Source of the DNA: Bdellovibrio sp.
GTDB lineage: Bacteria; Bdellovibrionota; Bdellovibrionia; Bdellovibrionales; Bdellovibrionaceae
DNA length: 64,000 nucleotides
Assembly (NCBI GenBank): GCA_036676395.1
Contig: JAKFCY010000003.1
Location: 192,001-256,000, forward strand
Direction: 5' to 3'
This document shows positions 40,165-49,623 of this stretch, piece by piece. Every line of letters begins with the position of its first letter. The stretch's first letter is position 1. Both the position numbers and the translations under genes were made by a program. The notes beneath the pieces were generated by a model. That model made no database searches. It was not told where the DNA came from and was given only the letters and a program-made list of their open reading frames with translations.

Positions 40165-42639
40165 TTAGAATTGTAGAAAATCTTCAGGCACCGGATTTTT
40201 AATCTGGCCGGTTGTGCCTTCGCCGCCTAGATTATTAAAGATTTTACCAGGGCGTAAAAGTTCGCTTGAAATAAGCTTCACTGAATAACCCGTACGACCA
40301 CCAGTCACACAGTTTCCAGGCACCGGAGGAAGTGCCCCGTCGATCTCGTAGGGAGCTTGAAAATTATCTGTCCAGGGATTTAGTGCAGTATCACCATCGC
40401 ATGTGCCAAATAGCATACTGTATTTTCCACCACCTGCATCTGGCGCAGGAAATGCGCCATAACCCACACTTGATAAGTTTAAAAATGTCCAACCAGTTAA
40501 TAATGAAGATGGTTTGGTGGCCAAGACATCAAGTCCAAATTTTACCGCACTGTCGCCGTTGCCGAACAAACTAACGATATCATTTGCAGCATTTTTGAAA
40601 AGATCATGGGTCACTTGCATTTGATGTCGCACGCTAAATCTTGCTGGTATACCAGCAAAATCAGTAGCTCGGCGATTTCCAAAATCGACCGGAAATATTG
40701 GAGGCGTCGACATACCTGCATTGCTCGCCATATTTTGAATTACAGGAACAGTTAACTTAGAAGAATAATTTGTCAAAAAATCAGGTTCAATCGAATAGTA
40801 AGTAGCATCAAATTGATTAGGTGACACGACAGTCAGTTCAATATCCCGCATATAACTATTTTTTGGAGCAGTGGTATTAGTACGATCAACAGCCAATGGA
40901 TCGTAAGCTGGATCAGTGACATCACTAGAAAGGTGATACCATTCTCTATACATTGGCCATCGCTGCGGTTTCTGATATGTGCCTTCTGTTGTTTCTCTAG
41001 TCTTGTTACTCGAAGAAGGTGAATCTTGGCGACCATATTTATTAGCTAGCAAAGTATGATATAGCCCGACAATTTTAGTATTGGCTAAACCGCCTTTATT
41101 TGCTGGATCGCGATTGGGAGCATCATTTGAATAAGTGTCTCCAACATGAGTCGAATAATTAAAAATAAATTCGCGGGCATCTTTTAAAGTAGGCGTTGCG
41201 GTAAGGCCTGATAAATTTCGGCGTGGTAAATTAAAATCCGTGCGATTTTCCCAGTCAGCACGACCTTTGTTATCATCAGTTCCTGAATCCCAGGTTTTAA
41301 AATACCAGGGGCCGATGGTTCCTCCGAAAGGTTTTGCAAATGACACCGCACTCAGCTTAATTTTCGCCAATGGTAAAAACGGAATCTTCGGTTCACTTGT
41401 TGCTTTAACTCCGTAATAAACCTGGATCCACGGATTTTTTTCATAACCTAGAATATTTGATGCATCCGAGTTTTGATTAAAAAGATTTTGAATTGCAGCT
41501 ACGCCAGCAGTATCCATAATGCCGTTCAATTGACTTAAAATTCTTGCGTCTATGTCACCAGCAGCACCTTGATAAAGTGATTTTAAGCCGATATCTGAAT
41601 TGCCACTTATAACTTCGCAATCAATCATAAAGAAAAGTAACCGTTGAAAATTAATTTCTTTCATCATTGCTTCGGCAAAGCTACTGCCTCCACCTAAACT
41701 TTTAACACCGTTCAGTGTAGAAATCGAATTTCCTGTCATTGAAGTTAAATTAGCTTCTGTAAGATTATTTTGCAGAGTATTTTGTACCCCAGTTAAAATG
41801 CTTTTACCTTCAATATCTAACATTTTATTTTCAGGCTGCCCAAGATTTTTTGTTAACATGTAGATGAAGTTACGACGATTTTGCGTATCTTTAATATAAT
41901 TACCGTAATACAAAGCCAGCATTTGCGTTGTAATCGGACCTAATGAATTACAAGTTTTATGAACAATGTCATTAGCCTTGCCGATGGCTGCATTCACCGA
42001 TGCACCCATTGAGTTTCCAAAAATTGAACTAGTACCTACACCCGGAATTTTACTGATCGAAAAAGCTCTCATTTGTTCAATAGCATTACATTCAACTTTG
42101 CAAAAAGTTTCTCGATCGTTAGGTGCTGAAATCCAATCCCCAAAGCCGATATGGCCCAAACACATAAAAGGTACGTCAGTGATAGTTACACCATCGGATT
42201 TTGGCCCGGCTCCATTGCAAGCAAATGTTCGCGAAGCTGAATTATATCGCGGAAGATAACTAGGTCCAGGCCACTTCGCCGGAAACTGAATTTCTATGGG
42301 GGATGCACCACCTGCTGCCCGGTTATTATGTTCTAACCCAAATGTTCCAAGCACACGATAACGCCAAGTCATTAGCTTCCACGCCTGACGAATCTGAAAA
42401 TTCACATGCGCCATCACATTCATGATTTCAGCTTGTTTCATCGCCCCGTAATAAGCAGCCAAGTCTGTCGATTGCTGTAAATTAATTTTATGGTGAACTA
42501 CCAAACCCACATTCACCAGCATCGCAAAAAACACAAAGACGACTTGAAAAATCAAAGCCACAAAAATGCCGACTTGGCCTTTTTCATTTCGCATGGTTAA
42601 TACGAATCGTTTTTTATGTGTTTTCTGCCCTTGATTCAT
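40165..42639 (-). CDS. Tad/Flp pilus TadG-like protein with large C-terminal domain
   Basis: Prepilin-like site NEKG|QVGIFVALIFQVVFVFFAMLVNVG followed by KINLQQSTDLAAYYGA (Tad N-terminal pattern). Confidence 0.75.
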   Translation of the reverse strand: MNQGQKTHKKRFVLTMRNEKGQVGIFVALIFQVVFVFFAMLVNVGLVVHHKINLQQSTDLAAYYGAMKQAEIMNVMAHVNFQIRQAWKLMTWRYRVLGTFGLEHNNRAAGGASPIEIQFPAKWPGPSYLPRYNSASRTFACNGAGPKSDGVTITDVPFMCLGHIGFGDWISAPNDRETFCKVECNAIEQMRAFSISKIPGVGTSSIFGNSMGASVNAAIGKANDIVHKTCNSLGPITTQMLALYYGNYIKDTQNRRNFIYMLTKNLGQPENKMLDIEGKSILTGVQNTLQNNLTEANLTSMTGNSISTLNGVKSLGGGSSFAEAMMKEINFQRLLFFMIDCEVISGNSDIGLKSLYQGAAGDIDARILSQLNGIMDTAGVAAIQNLFNQNSDASNILGYEKNPWIQVYYGVKATSEPKIPFLPLAKIKLSAVSFAKPFGGTIGPWYFKTWDSGTDDNKGRADWENRTDFNLPRRNLSGLTATPTLKDAREFIFNYSTHVGDTYSNDAPNRDPANKGGLANTKIVGLYHTLLANKYGRQDSPSSSNKTRETTEGTYQKPQRWPMYREWYHLSSDVTDPAYDPLAVDRTNTTAPKNSYMRDIELTVVSPNQFDATYYSIEPDFLTNYSSKLTVPVIQNMASNAGMSTPPIFPVDFGNRRATDFAGIPARFSVRHQMQVTHDLFKNAANDIVSLFGNGDSAVKFGLDVLATKPSSLLTGWTFLNLSSVGYGAFPAPDAGGGKYSMLFGTCDGDTALNPWTDNFQAPYEIDGALPPVPGNCVTGGRTGYSVKLISSELLRPGKIFNNLGGEGTTGQIKNPVPEDFLQF

Positions 42640-42788
42640 GAACTAAAAGCGTAGCTGGTTTTCTCTATCGCGTCCAGTCCAGACCTAGGTCATAATGTTG
42701 TAGTCAGGTTGATAGCGAGATGATGTCAACAGTGAGACAATCATTTAGATTAGAGAGACGTTTTTATTAGAAGAAAGGTTCCTGCTTT

Positions 42789-43553
42789 ATGTTTATTCGC
42801 GCGCTTTTAGTTATTTTGGTTCAAATTGCATTTTTAAATTTTTCACAGGCCGAGGTTTTATTCGAAGGTTATTATAAAGTGACCCAGTTTAAAAAACATG
42901 TGGGCTTTTTCATTTTACGTAATGAAATGGATGCCAAAACTAAACAATTTAAAACTACAACATTTTTACGTTTAGGCAAAAACGGCTTTAACATGACCGA
43001 ATCACTTAATGCCGTTTCAACCACTGACTTTACCCCGGTTAGTTACTCTTATATGGCTATTGATGGCAGCAAAAGCAAAACGATCGACATGACCTTCAAA
43101 GGCGATACGATGTCGGGTTTAGTTTTAGATAACGGTGAAAAAGCTAAAATCTCAAAAAAAGTTCCAAAAGGAACATTCTTATCCAGTTCGCTTTATTACA
43201 TGATGCTTAAAAGTAAAGAAGGCCTAAAAACAGGAACTAAATTTGAATTTACGGCAGTGGCCGAAGAACTTGGTGATGTAACAAAAGGAACTTCAAGCAT
43301 CGAAAAAAAGATGGTCTCGCGTGGAATCATGCAGCTATTAAAGGCCAACAATACGTTTGCTGGTATGGAATACGAAAACTACATCACAAACCAAGGCCAA
43401 AACATTTCTGCGTTAACACCTGCAACAGGTATAGAAACAGAATTAATGAAAAATTCTGAAGAAGCCGTGCAAGGAGTTAAAGTTTCTGCTGGTACTTTAG
43501 AAAAAGTTTTTGGTAACATACCTAAAGGTAAAACTAACGTTTTAAACAACTAA
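42789..43553 (+). CDS. Secreted hypothetical beta-rich protein
   Basis: Signal peptide ending SQA; 254 aa; apparently co-transcribed with nagZ. Confidence 0.7.
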   Translation: MFIRALLVILVQIAFLNFSQAEVLFEGYYKVTQFKKHVGFFILRNEMDAKTKQFKTTTFLRLGKNGFNMTESLNAVSTTDFTPVSYSYMAIDGSKSKTIDMTFKGDTMSGLVLDNGEKAKISKKVPKGTFLSSSLYYMMLKSKEGLKTGTKFEFTAVAEELGDVTKGTSSIEKKMVSRGIMQLLKANNTFAGMEYENYITNQGQNISALTPATGIETELMKNSEEAVQGVKVSAGTLEKVFGNIPKGKTNVLNN

Positions 43554-43562
43554 GGCGACACA

Positions 43563-44687
43563 ATGAAATTAAATGAACTTATCGGCCAACACATGTTGAT
43601 TGGCGTTTCTGGACTAACTCTAACTGAATCTGAAAAAAGATTTATCGTTGAAAATAATATTTCGGGTGTTGTGTTATTTGCCCGCAATCTTTCTACGCCT
43701 GAACAAATTCGCGATCTTTGCGCAGAGATTCAATCACTACGTCACAAAATGGCTTCAAAAGCTCCTTTGTTTATCGGCATCGATATGGAAGGCGGACGTG
43801 TTCATCGTTTAAAAGCACCTTTCACACAATGGCCACCACTTAAAACAGTTGGTGATTTAGATGCTCCTACAATAGCTTTTCATTTCGCTCACCGCATGGG
43901 ATTAGAGATGATGGCTGTGGGTATTAATTTAGACTTCGCACCTTGCGTAGATGTATTTACTAATCCATTAAACACAGTCATTGGTGATCGTGCAGTCAGT
44001 ACAGATCCACACCAAGTTGAAAAAATGGCCTCTGCATTAGTTCGTGGTTACATTAAGTCTGGCATTTTATCTTGTGCAAAACATTTTCCAGGTCACGGTC
44101 ACACGGTGATTGATTCACACGAAGAATTACCAGTTGAAGAAGCAGATTTAAAACGCCTACATGAAGTAGAATTAGTCCCGTTTAAAAAAGCCTTACGCAG
44201 CCGTGTTGACATGGTGATGACTGGGCATATTTTATTTAAATCAGTTGATAAAGATTGGCCTGTCACTTTATCAGAATTCTTTCTTAAAAAAATGTTACGT
44301 GATGAATTAAAATATAAAGGCTTAGTGATCACTGATGATTTAGACATGAAAGCCATGGCTAAACATTACGATAAAGGTTTTATTCCGGTTCGTTCATTAC
44401 AAGCCGGCGCTGATTTATTGCTTTACTGTAATGAACCAGAATCTCCTCCGGTAGCGATTGAAACCATCATGAATGCTGTAGCCCAGGGTCAACATTCTAA
44501 AGCTGAACTTGAATACACTTTAGGTCGCATTTTAGATGTGAAAAAAATCAAAATGTTAAATCCAGATCCAAAACCCATCGCCGAAGCGATGGAAATCGTG
44601 GGTCACCCTGATCACCAGTATTTGGCCGATTGTTTACGTAAACAAATCATGCCCGAAGGTTTACTCGACGCTCAAGACGGCGAGTAA
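43563..44687 (+). CDS. nagZ: Beta-N-acetylhexosaminidase (GH3)
   Basis: IDMEGGRVHR, DFAPCVDV, KHFPGHGHTVIDSH, ITDDLDMKA. Confidence 0.93.
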   Translation: MKLNELIGQHMLIGVSGLTLTESEKRFIVENNISGVVLFARNLSTPEQIRDLCAEIQSLRHKMASKAPLFIGIDMEGGRVHRLKAPFTQWPPLKTVGDLDAPTIAFHFAHRMGLEMMAVGINLDFAPCVDVFTNPLNTVIGDRAVSTDPHQVEKMASALVRGYIKSGILSCAKHFPGHGHTVIDSHEELPVEEADLKRLHEVELVPFKKALRSRVDMVMTGHILFKSVDKDWPVTLSEFFLKKMLRDELKYKGLVITDDLDMKAMAKHYDKGFIPVRSLQAGADLLLYCNEPESPPVAIETIMNAVAQGQHSKAELEYTLGRILDVKKIKMLNPDPKPIAEAMEIVGHPDHQYLADCLRKQIMPEGLLDAQDGE

Positions 44688-44848
44688 ACGCCTACGCTGA
44701 CAAAAGGTAACACACCCCTGTAAAAACTTCTCGAAGTGCCAGTTCAAGCCGAATCCATTGGTTTAAAACTGGCGCAAGACTTGAATCAACCTGTTTGAAT
44801 TCTTTTATTTTGCTGAAAGCAAATATTTTACTTTCGCAGGGGTGATTT

Positions 44849-46057
44849 ATGTCAGGGACTTACGATTATTATTTCGATGATTCAAGTTATCGCAATCAAG
44901 ATTCTTCAAAATACTTTGGAGTGTCTGTTATCATCCATATGGCCTTAGCGATTGGCGCATTATTCGTGACTGTTCCGGTCATGGAAAAACTAAAATCAGA
45001 ACCCATTGTTGTCGAATTCGAAGCCATTCAAACATTGCCACCAATACCTGTAAAACCAATCCAGCCAAAAATCGCTAAAGGCGAAAAAGTAAAACCAACT
45101 CGTGGTGGAAAAACCGCACATTCACCGTCACCGTCAGCTCCATTAAATGCGAAAGACGATGTGATTGTTAAAGGCCCTGCGAAAACTTCTAAAGTCTCTA
45201 AAGCAAAAATCGCGACAGTTAAAACTAAAACTTCTGGTGGCTTAGCAAAGGCTGCGACTTATGCTCCATCGCGCGCCGGGGTTCCAGAAACGTTAGAAGA
45301 TATTCCAGCACCAAAATTAGATTTTGATGGCGTTGCCGCAGAACAAACTGGCAATCTAGGTGACGATGAATTCGAAAATGAATTTAAAAATATCGATCAT
45401 GCCAACGAAGCATCGATTCGCGCTGAAAAAGCACGTATGGATAATGAAGCTCGATTAATCGGTGATCAACAAGATCAATCCTTAAAAGCCTTAGAAGATA
45501 AAATCGCAGCTGATGCCCGCGTAATGAATGACGATCTTATGGCAACACGCACGAAAAATGCGGCAGCGGTGGCTCGTTTAAAAGCGTCTGAAAATGCAGC
45601 TCTGGCAGAACGTGCAGCTCGCGAAAAAGCTGAAGCAATAGCAGCCGCTTCGCGCGCTCGTGGCACAGGCGATACAGGCGCAGGCCGTGGATCAAGTGGC
45701 ACCAATGCAGACGCAAAAGCCGCAGCAGGAGCCCCAACTGGCGTTCGTTCGATTGACCAACTTCGCCAAATTCCGGGAAACCCAAAACCAAGTTATTCGA
45801 TGGAAGAACGTTTAAACCGCCAACAAGGCCGTGTGATCTTTCAAGCTTATGTAACTAAAGAAGGCGGCTTAACAAGTTTTCGCTTGTTAACATCAACTGG
45901 TTATAAAAATTTAGATGGTAAAACTTTGGGAGCTCTTAAAAAATGGAGATTCTATCCGGGCCAACAAGGTTGGGTTGAGATTCCTCAAATTTGGACATTA
46001 AAAGGTGACGTTGAACAAATGCCTGCAACACTTCGCCGAAAACAATCGTTCAGATAA
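44849..46057 (+). CDS. TonB-family energy transducer
   Basis: N-terminal TM with S-x3-H (SVIIH), Pro/Lys-rich spacer, C-terminal TonB_C (PSYSMEERLNRQQGRV...STGYKNLD..ALKKWRF). Confidence 0.8.
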   Translation: MSGTYDYYFDDSSYRNQDSSKYFGVSVIIHMALAIGALFVTVPVMEKLKSEPIVVEFEAIQTLPPIPVKPIQPKIAKGEKVKPTRGGKTAHSPSPSAPLNAKDDVIVKGPAKTSKVSKAKIATVKTKTSGGLAKAATYAPSRAGVPETLEDIPAPKLDFDGVAAEQTGNLGDDEFENEFKNIDHANEASIRAEKARMDNEARLIGDQQDQSLKALEDKIAADARVMNDDLMATRTKNAAAVARLKASENAALAERAAREKAEAIAAASRARGTGDTGAGRGSSGTNADAKAAAGAPTGVRSIDQLRQIPGNPKPSYSMEERLNRQQGRVIFQAYVTKEGGLTSFRLLTSTGYKNLDGKTLGALKKWRFYPGQQGWVEIPQIWTLKGDVEQMPATLRRKQSFR

Positions 46058-46078
46058 TTAAACACAAACAGCACAAAC

Positions 46079-46111
46079 AAAAAAAGCCGAATTAAATATT
46101 CGGCTTTTTTT
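46079..46111. terminator. Bidirectional intrinsic terminator
   Basis: aaaaaaagccgaat-taaat-attcggcttttttt between convergent genes. Confidence 0.85.
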
Positions 46112-46152
46112 ATTTTAGATAACGAAAAGTTCTAGAAAGAACTTCGGAGAAA

Positions 46153-46281
46153 TTAATCGCCGAATAATTCTTTTTTAGCTTTAGTAGAACCTTTTGTCTT
46201 GATGCTAGCTTTTCTTTTTTTGCCAGCAGACGATTTTTTACGTTCACGGATGAACTCAAGTTTTTTTGTTTTAGAAGCCAT
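46153..46281 (-). CDS. 42-aa highly basic small protein (not in ORF track)
   Basis: MASKTKKLEFIRERKKSSAGKKRKASIKTKGSTKAKKELFGD*; RBS AAGGTAGGA; terminator downstream. Confidence 0.75.
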   Translation of the reverse strand: MASKTKKLEFIRERKKSSAGKKRKASIKTKGSTKAKKELFGD

Positions 46282-46330
46282 GTAATCCTACCTTGTTAAT
46301 TAAATAAGCAAATTTAGAGAAATAGGATTA

Positions 46331-47146
46331 TCAAAACGGAACTGCTAAGTCAATTGAGTGATGAACTTCTTTTTCAAATGCAGACTCTTTTACGTAAGCA
46401 TAATGAAGCCCAAATTGCGGGCCTCCAAAGCCTAAACCTGCCGTAAAATAGTTCTGAGAGATAATATTGTTATTTTGGTAGCCCAAACGCAGCTGAGTCC
46501 ACTCGTTTAGTATAATTTCTAGGCCGCCCTTAACTATCATTTTTTGCTCAGAAACTGCATTTTTACCAGCCTCGATTTCACCGCGAAGATTCACTAAATC
46601 ATCATATTTAGACTCAAAACCCAAAGCTTGAGTCGGCCGATCATCCATCGTGTTCGGTAAATCGGTATCATTTAGCGGTTGGTTTTTAATCACGGCCCCT
46701 ACTGAAAACCAAGTGTTTGGGCGAAAGATTACCCCTACATCAGCTAAGTTTTGTCTGTATTTATCGTCAGTTCCAGGCAATTGAGTTTCTTGAAAAGCCA
46801 GGTTTGCGCCAAAAGATAATTTTGCGCTGAATGGATAGGCTAAGCCAAAATAGAAAGCTTTTGTTCTTAAACCTTCAAGATCAGTTTGAGTGTAACCTAA
46901 TAAGGCCGGAAACAAGGCCTCCGCGCCGTTATCTGCCAGCGAAGCACGAAATGCTTTTTTTGCAAAACTTAAATCCATTGCGCGATTTTCAAAGAGTGCA
47001 AATGTCGCCGGATTATTAAATGCCCCATCAACTAAATTAATTGCGCCAACGCCAGCACCACCTAAAGAGGTTGAGACTGATCCCAAATTTTCAAATGTTT
47101 GTGACCAAGCCGAACATGACACTAATAAAATGAATAAGTATTTCAT
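46331..47146 (-). CDS. Outer membrane beta-barrel, FadL/PorV-like
   Basis: Signal peptide; GSVSTSLGGAGVG...FNNPA N-terminal motif; LRLGY strand; terminal Phe. Confidence 0.6.
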   Translation of the reverse strand: MKYLFILLVSCSAWSQTFENLGSVSTSLGGAGVGAINLVDGAFNNPATFALFENRAMDLSFAKKAFRASLADNGAEALFPALLGYTQTDLEGLRTKAFYFGLAYPFSAKLSFGANLAFQETQLPGTDDKYRQNLADVGVIFRPNTWFSVGAVIKNQPLNDTDLPNTMDDRPTQALGFESKYDDLVNLRGEIEAGKNAVSEQKMIVKGGLEIILNEWTQLRLGYQNNNIISQNYFTAGLGFGGPQFGLHYAYVKESAFEKEVHHSIDLAVPF

Positions 47147-47179
47147 GAGAATTAGACTAAACGTGAAATTTTAAAAAAT

Positions 47180-48733
47180 CTAGAAATTCGTGCTTGAACG
47201 CGTACACACACTTAAATAATTGGCGCAGCGGCCTAGAAGGCGCTTAGCATCCGGTGTCACTGCGTTGGTATAATTAGCACCCATAAGATTGAATGCTGTT
47301 AAATAACACTCTTTGCTTGTGTCATACTGAATTCCTGCATCTGCGCTTGCATTTTCTGACGAACTAAAAATTTGTGTCGTAGGTAAATAACAACTGCTTT
47401 TACGAGGCGCCACGCAAATCTGGTAATTTAAACGATTCGCGATACGATCTGCCACGGTCACACCGAGCGCCTGATCTTTAGGAATAAATAATCCAATATT
47501 CCAATCACGTGCAGAATGTTGGCGACGAATTTTTTTAACTGCCAACTGACGAGCTTCGGTCATATCTGTTGAAACTAATGGGCTGCACGTAGGTTCAGTC
47601 AATTTTTTATTGTCATAATGAGCAGGCAAAACGATTACAAAATTTTCACAAGTCCACTGCGCACCTTGCACTGTTGTTCCGGTGGCCAAATCAAATTCTG
47701 TTACTGCAGTTCCTGATAAAACATTACTTACCCAACCGGCAACATTGCTTACTTTCGGAGTAAATTTTAAACCATACCCGCGGCCAAAAGCCTTCGATAC
47801 ATCGGTCGTCTGGCGACGAATTTGACTGATCGATTCTTCTGTTGAACCTTGCGATCCAAAACCTGCATCCAAGGCTTTACCGCCGAAAACAGCAGTTAAA
47901 ATAACACGGTCATTTGTCGTCGAATTAAATTTTTTACGAACAATGTCTGAATAATATTCACCTACGCCAAATTTAATTTCTGGATTATTAGTTGTTGTAT
48001 CAGTTGACGGCGGCAAAGTTTCATCGGCTGTTTGATTAATACCAAACGAAGCCTGAATCGGCACTGGATCAGGAGTATCTGATAAATTATATGTGCGTGG
48101 GCCTTCTGATAACACCGTACCAGAAGCCGTATACTTAACATCTTTTGTTAACATGTGGCCAACAAATCCACCGGTTAGGTCTTTCAGAAAAACAATCGCA
48201 TCACGGTTGGGTTGCGGCACTAAAGTATTTAAATTATTATTTGCACCCGGAGAAATCAGATCAATATTCAAAGTTAAATCAGTTTTTTTTCTGATTGAAA
48301 ATTGCATAAAAGCAGCGGCATTAGCTGTAGAGTTTTGCAACACTCTTTGCACTTGTTCAGGAGTTATTGTTGATGAAGGCGCTTGCGGTTTAATATAACG
48401 GCCAATGTGCTGTAAAAACTGAGTGCGTAATTTTAATCCGCCCTTAACAGCACCATTACCATTGTTCGTTACAAAACCTTCATTCACGCCAATAATTAAA
48501 CCCGGAACCGGATTATTTGTTGATGAAGCATCGGCAACAAAATTTACGCATGAATTGTAAGAGATTGTATCTGCGGCAATATCGTAAGCAAACGGAGCTT
48601 GTTTGGTGGCATTGTCGATCGTTTCTGCAAACGAACTTTTATTGTTTAAAATACCTTCACCTTTTGGTGTGCATGAGAACACCAATACCGAGAATGCTAA
48701 CAATAAAATTTGAATTATAGACGCCAAGCTCAT
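47180..48733 (-). CDS. Hypothetical Cys-containing lipoprotein
   Basis: Lipobox VFSC; 517 aa. Confidence 0.7.
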   Translation of the reverse strand: MSLASIIQILLLAFSVLVFSCTPKGEGILNNKSSFAETIDNATKQAPFAYDIAADTISYNSCVNFVADASSTNNPVPGLIIGVNEGFVTNNGNGAVKGGLKLRTQFLQHIGRYIKPQAPSSTITPEQVQRVLQNSTANAAAFMQFSIRKKTDLTLNIDLISPGANNNLNTLVPQPNRDAIVFLKDLTGGFVGHMLTKDVKYTASGTVLSEGPRTYNLSDTPDPVPIQASFGINQTADETLPPSTDTTTNNPEIKFGVGEYYSDIVRKKFNSTTNDRVILTAVFGGKALDAGFGSQGSTEESISQIRRQTTDVSKAFGRGYGLKFTPKVSNVAGWVSNVLSGTAVTEFDLATGTTVQGAQWTCENFVIVLPAHYDNKKLTEPTCSPLVSTDMTEARQLAVKKIRRQHSARDWNIGLFIPKDQALGVTVADRIANRLNYQICVAPRKSSCYLPTTQIFSSSENASADAGIQYDTSKECYLTAFNLMGANYTNAVTPDAKRLLGRCANYLSVCTRSSTNF

Positions 48734-48822
48734 CTCACTCCATTATAGCAGATAACGTAACACGGATCGTTACTTATCTTATTCTGACTAAACTTCTCGT
48801 CTCATTATGATATATTTTTCGT

Positions 48823-49623
48823 ATGAAATCAGCTGTACGCCTGACTTTGGTCACAACATTATTTGTTTTTTCTTTATTATCTGCTTCAACGGGCTGGACT
48901 TACGTTCTGCCTTTGGATTTCGTCGTCAAAAAAAGTGTAGGCAAAACAGGCCGCACCTCTATTTCTATTGATCAGGAAGTCACTTTTAAGATCGGTAAAG
49001 ACACTTTAAAAACTCAGGAAAACTGGCAAATCGAAGGCGATCGCAATTTAAAAGTTTCAGCAAATGGTTTAGAGCCTTATAAAGAAAATATAAAAGTAAA
49101 TTCATTGTTTAATTCGAAACACAAAACCCAAGTGCTTGGAAAAACAAAATCCCAAACAGCCGTTGGAAATGATTTCTATCAACGTCTAATGTTTATCAGA
49201 TCCAGTGATTCTTTCATGCAATACATTCGTGATTTAGGCATCAGTGAAAAAACCAGACTATCAAAAGCCGAAGGCCGTATCTGTATCGCGATCGGCGAAC
49301 CTTCACAGGACGATAACAAAAGCCCGCAAATCTGGATCGATCAGGATGATTTTTTGATTCGCAAAATTAGAATGCCTTCTGGAACAGAAATTAATCTTTC
49401 TGATTATGTAAAAGTGACTGATGATTTTTGGATTGCGAAAACTCAAACCATCAAATGGGCCGGAGCCACAGCAACCATCAAAGTTAAAAACTTTTCGATA
49501 AAAAATGCAGCCACTCTTGCACAGTTTTATCCACAAAATTTTGAACTGCCGACAGAACTAGCTTTCAACGAATCTAGTGGCATTGCCCAAGTCGTCGAAG
49601 ACTTTTACAAGAGGTTTCGATGA
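48823..49623 (+). CDS. Secreted hypothetical protein, possibly LolA-like fold
   Basis: Signal peptide; QIWIDQDDFLIRKIR...LSDY pattern resembles LolA-superfamily strands. Confidence 0.55.
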   Translation: MKSAVRLTLVTTLFVFSLLSASTGWTYVLPLDFVVKKSVGKTGRTSISIDQEVTFKIGKDTLKTQENWQIEGDRNLKVSANGLEPYKENIKVNSLFNSKHKTQVLGKTKSQTAVGNDFYQRLMFIRSSDSFMQYIRDLGISEKTRLSKAEGRICIAIGEPSQDDNKSPQIWIDQDDFLIRKIRMPSGTEINLSDYVKVTDDFWIAKTQTIKWAGATATIKVKNFSIKNAATLAQFYPQNFELPTELAFNESSGIAQVVEDFYKRFR

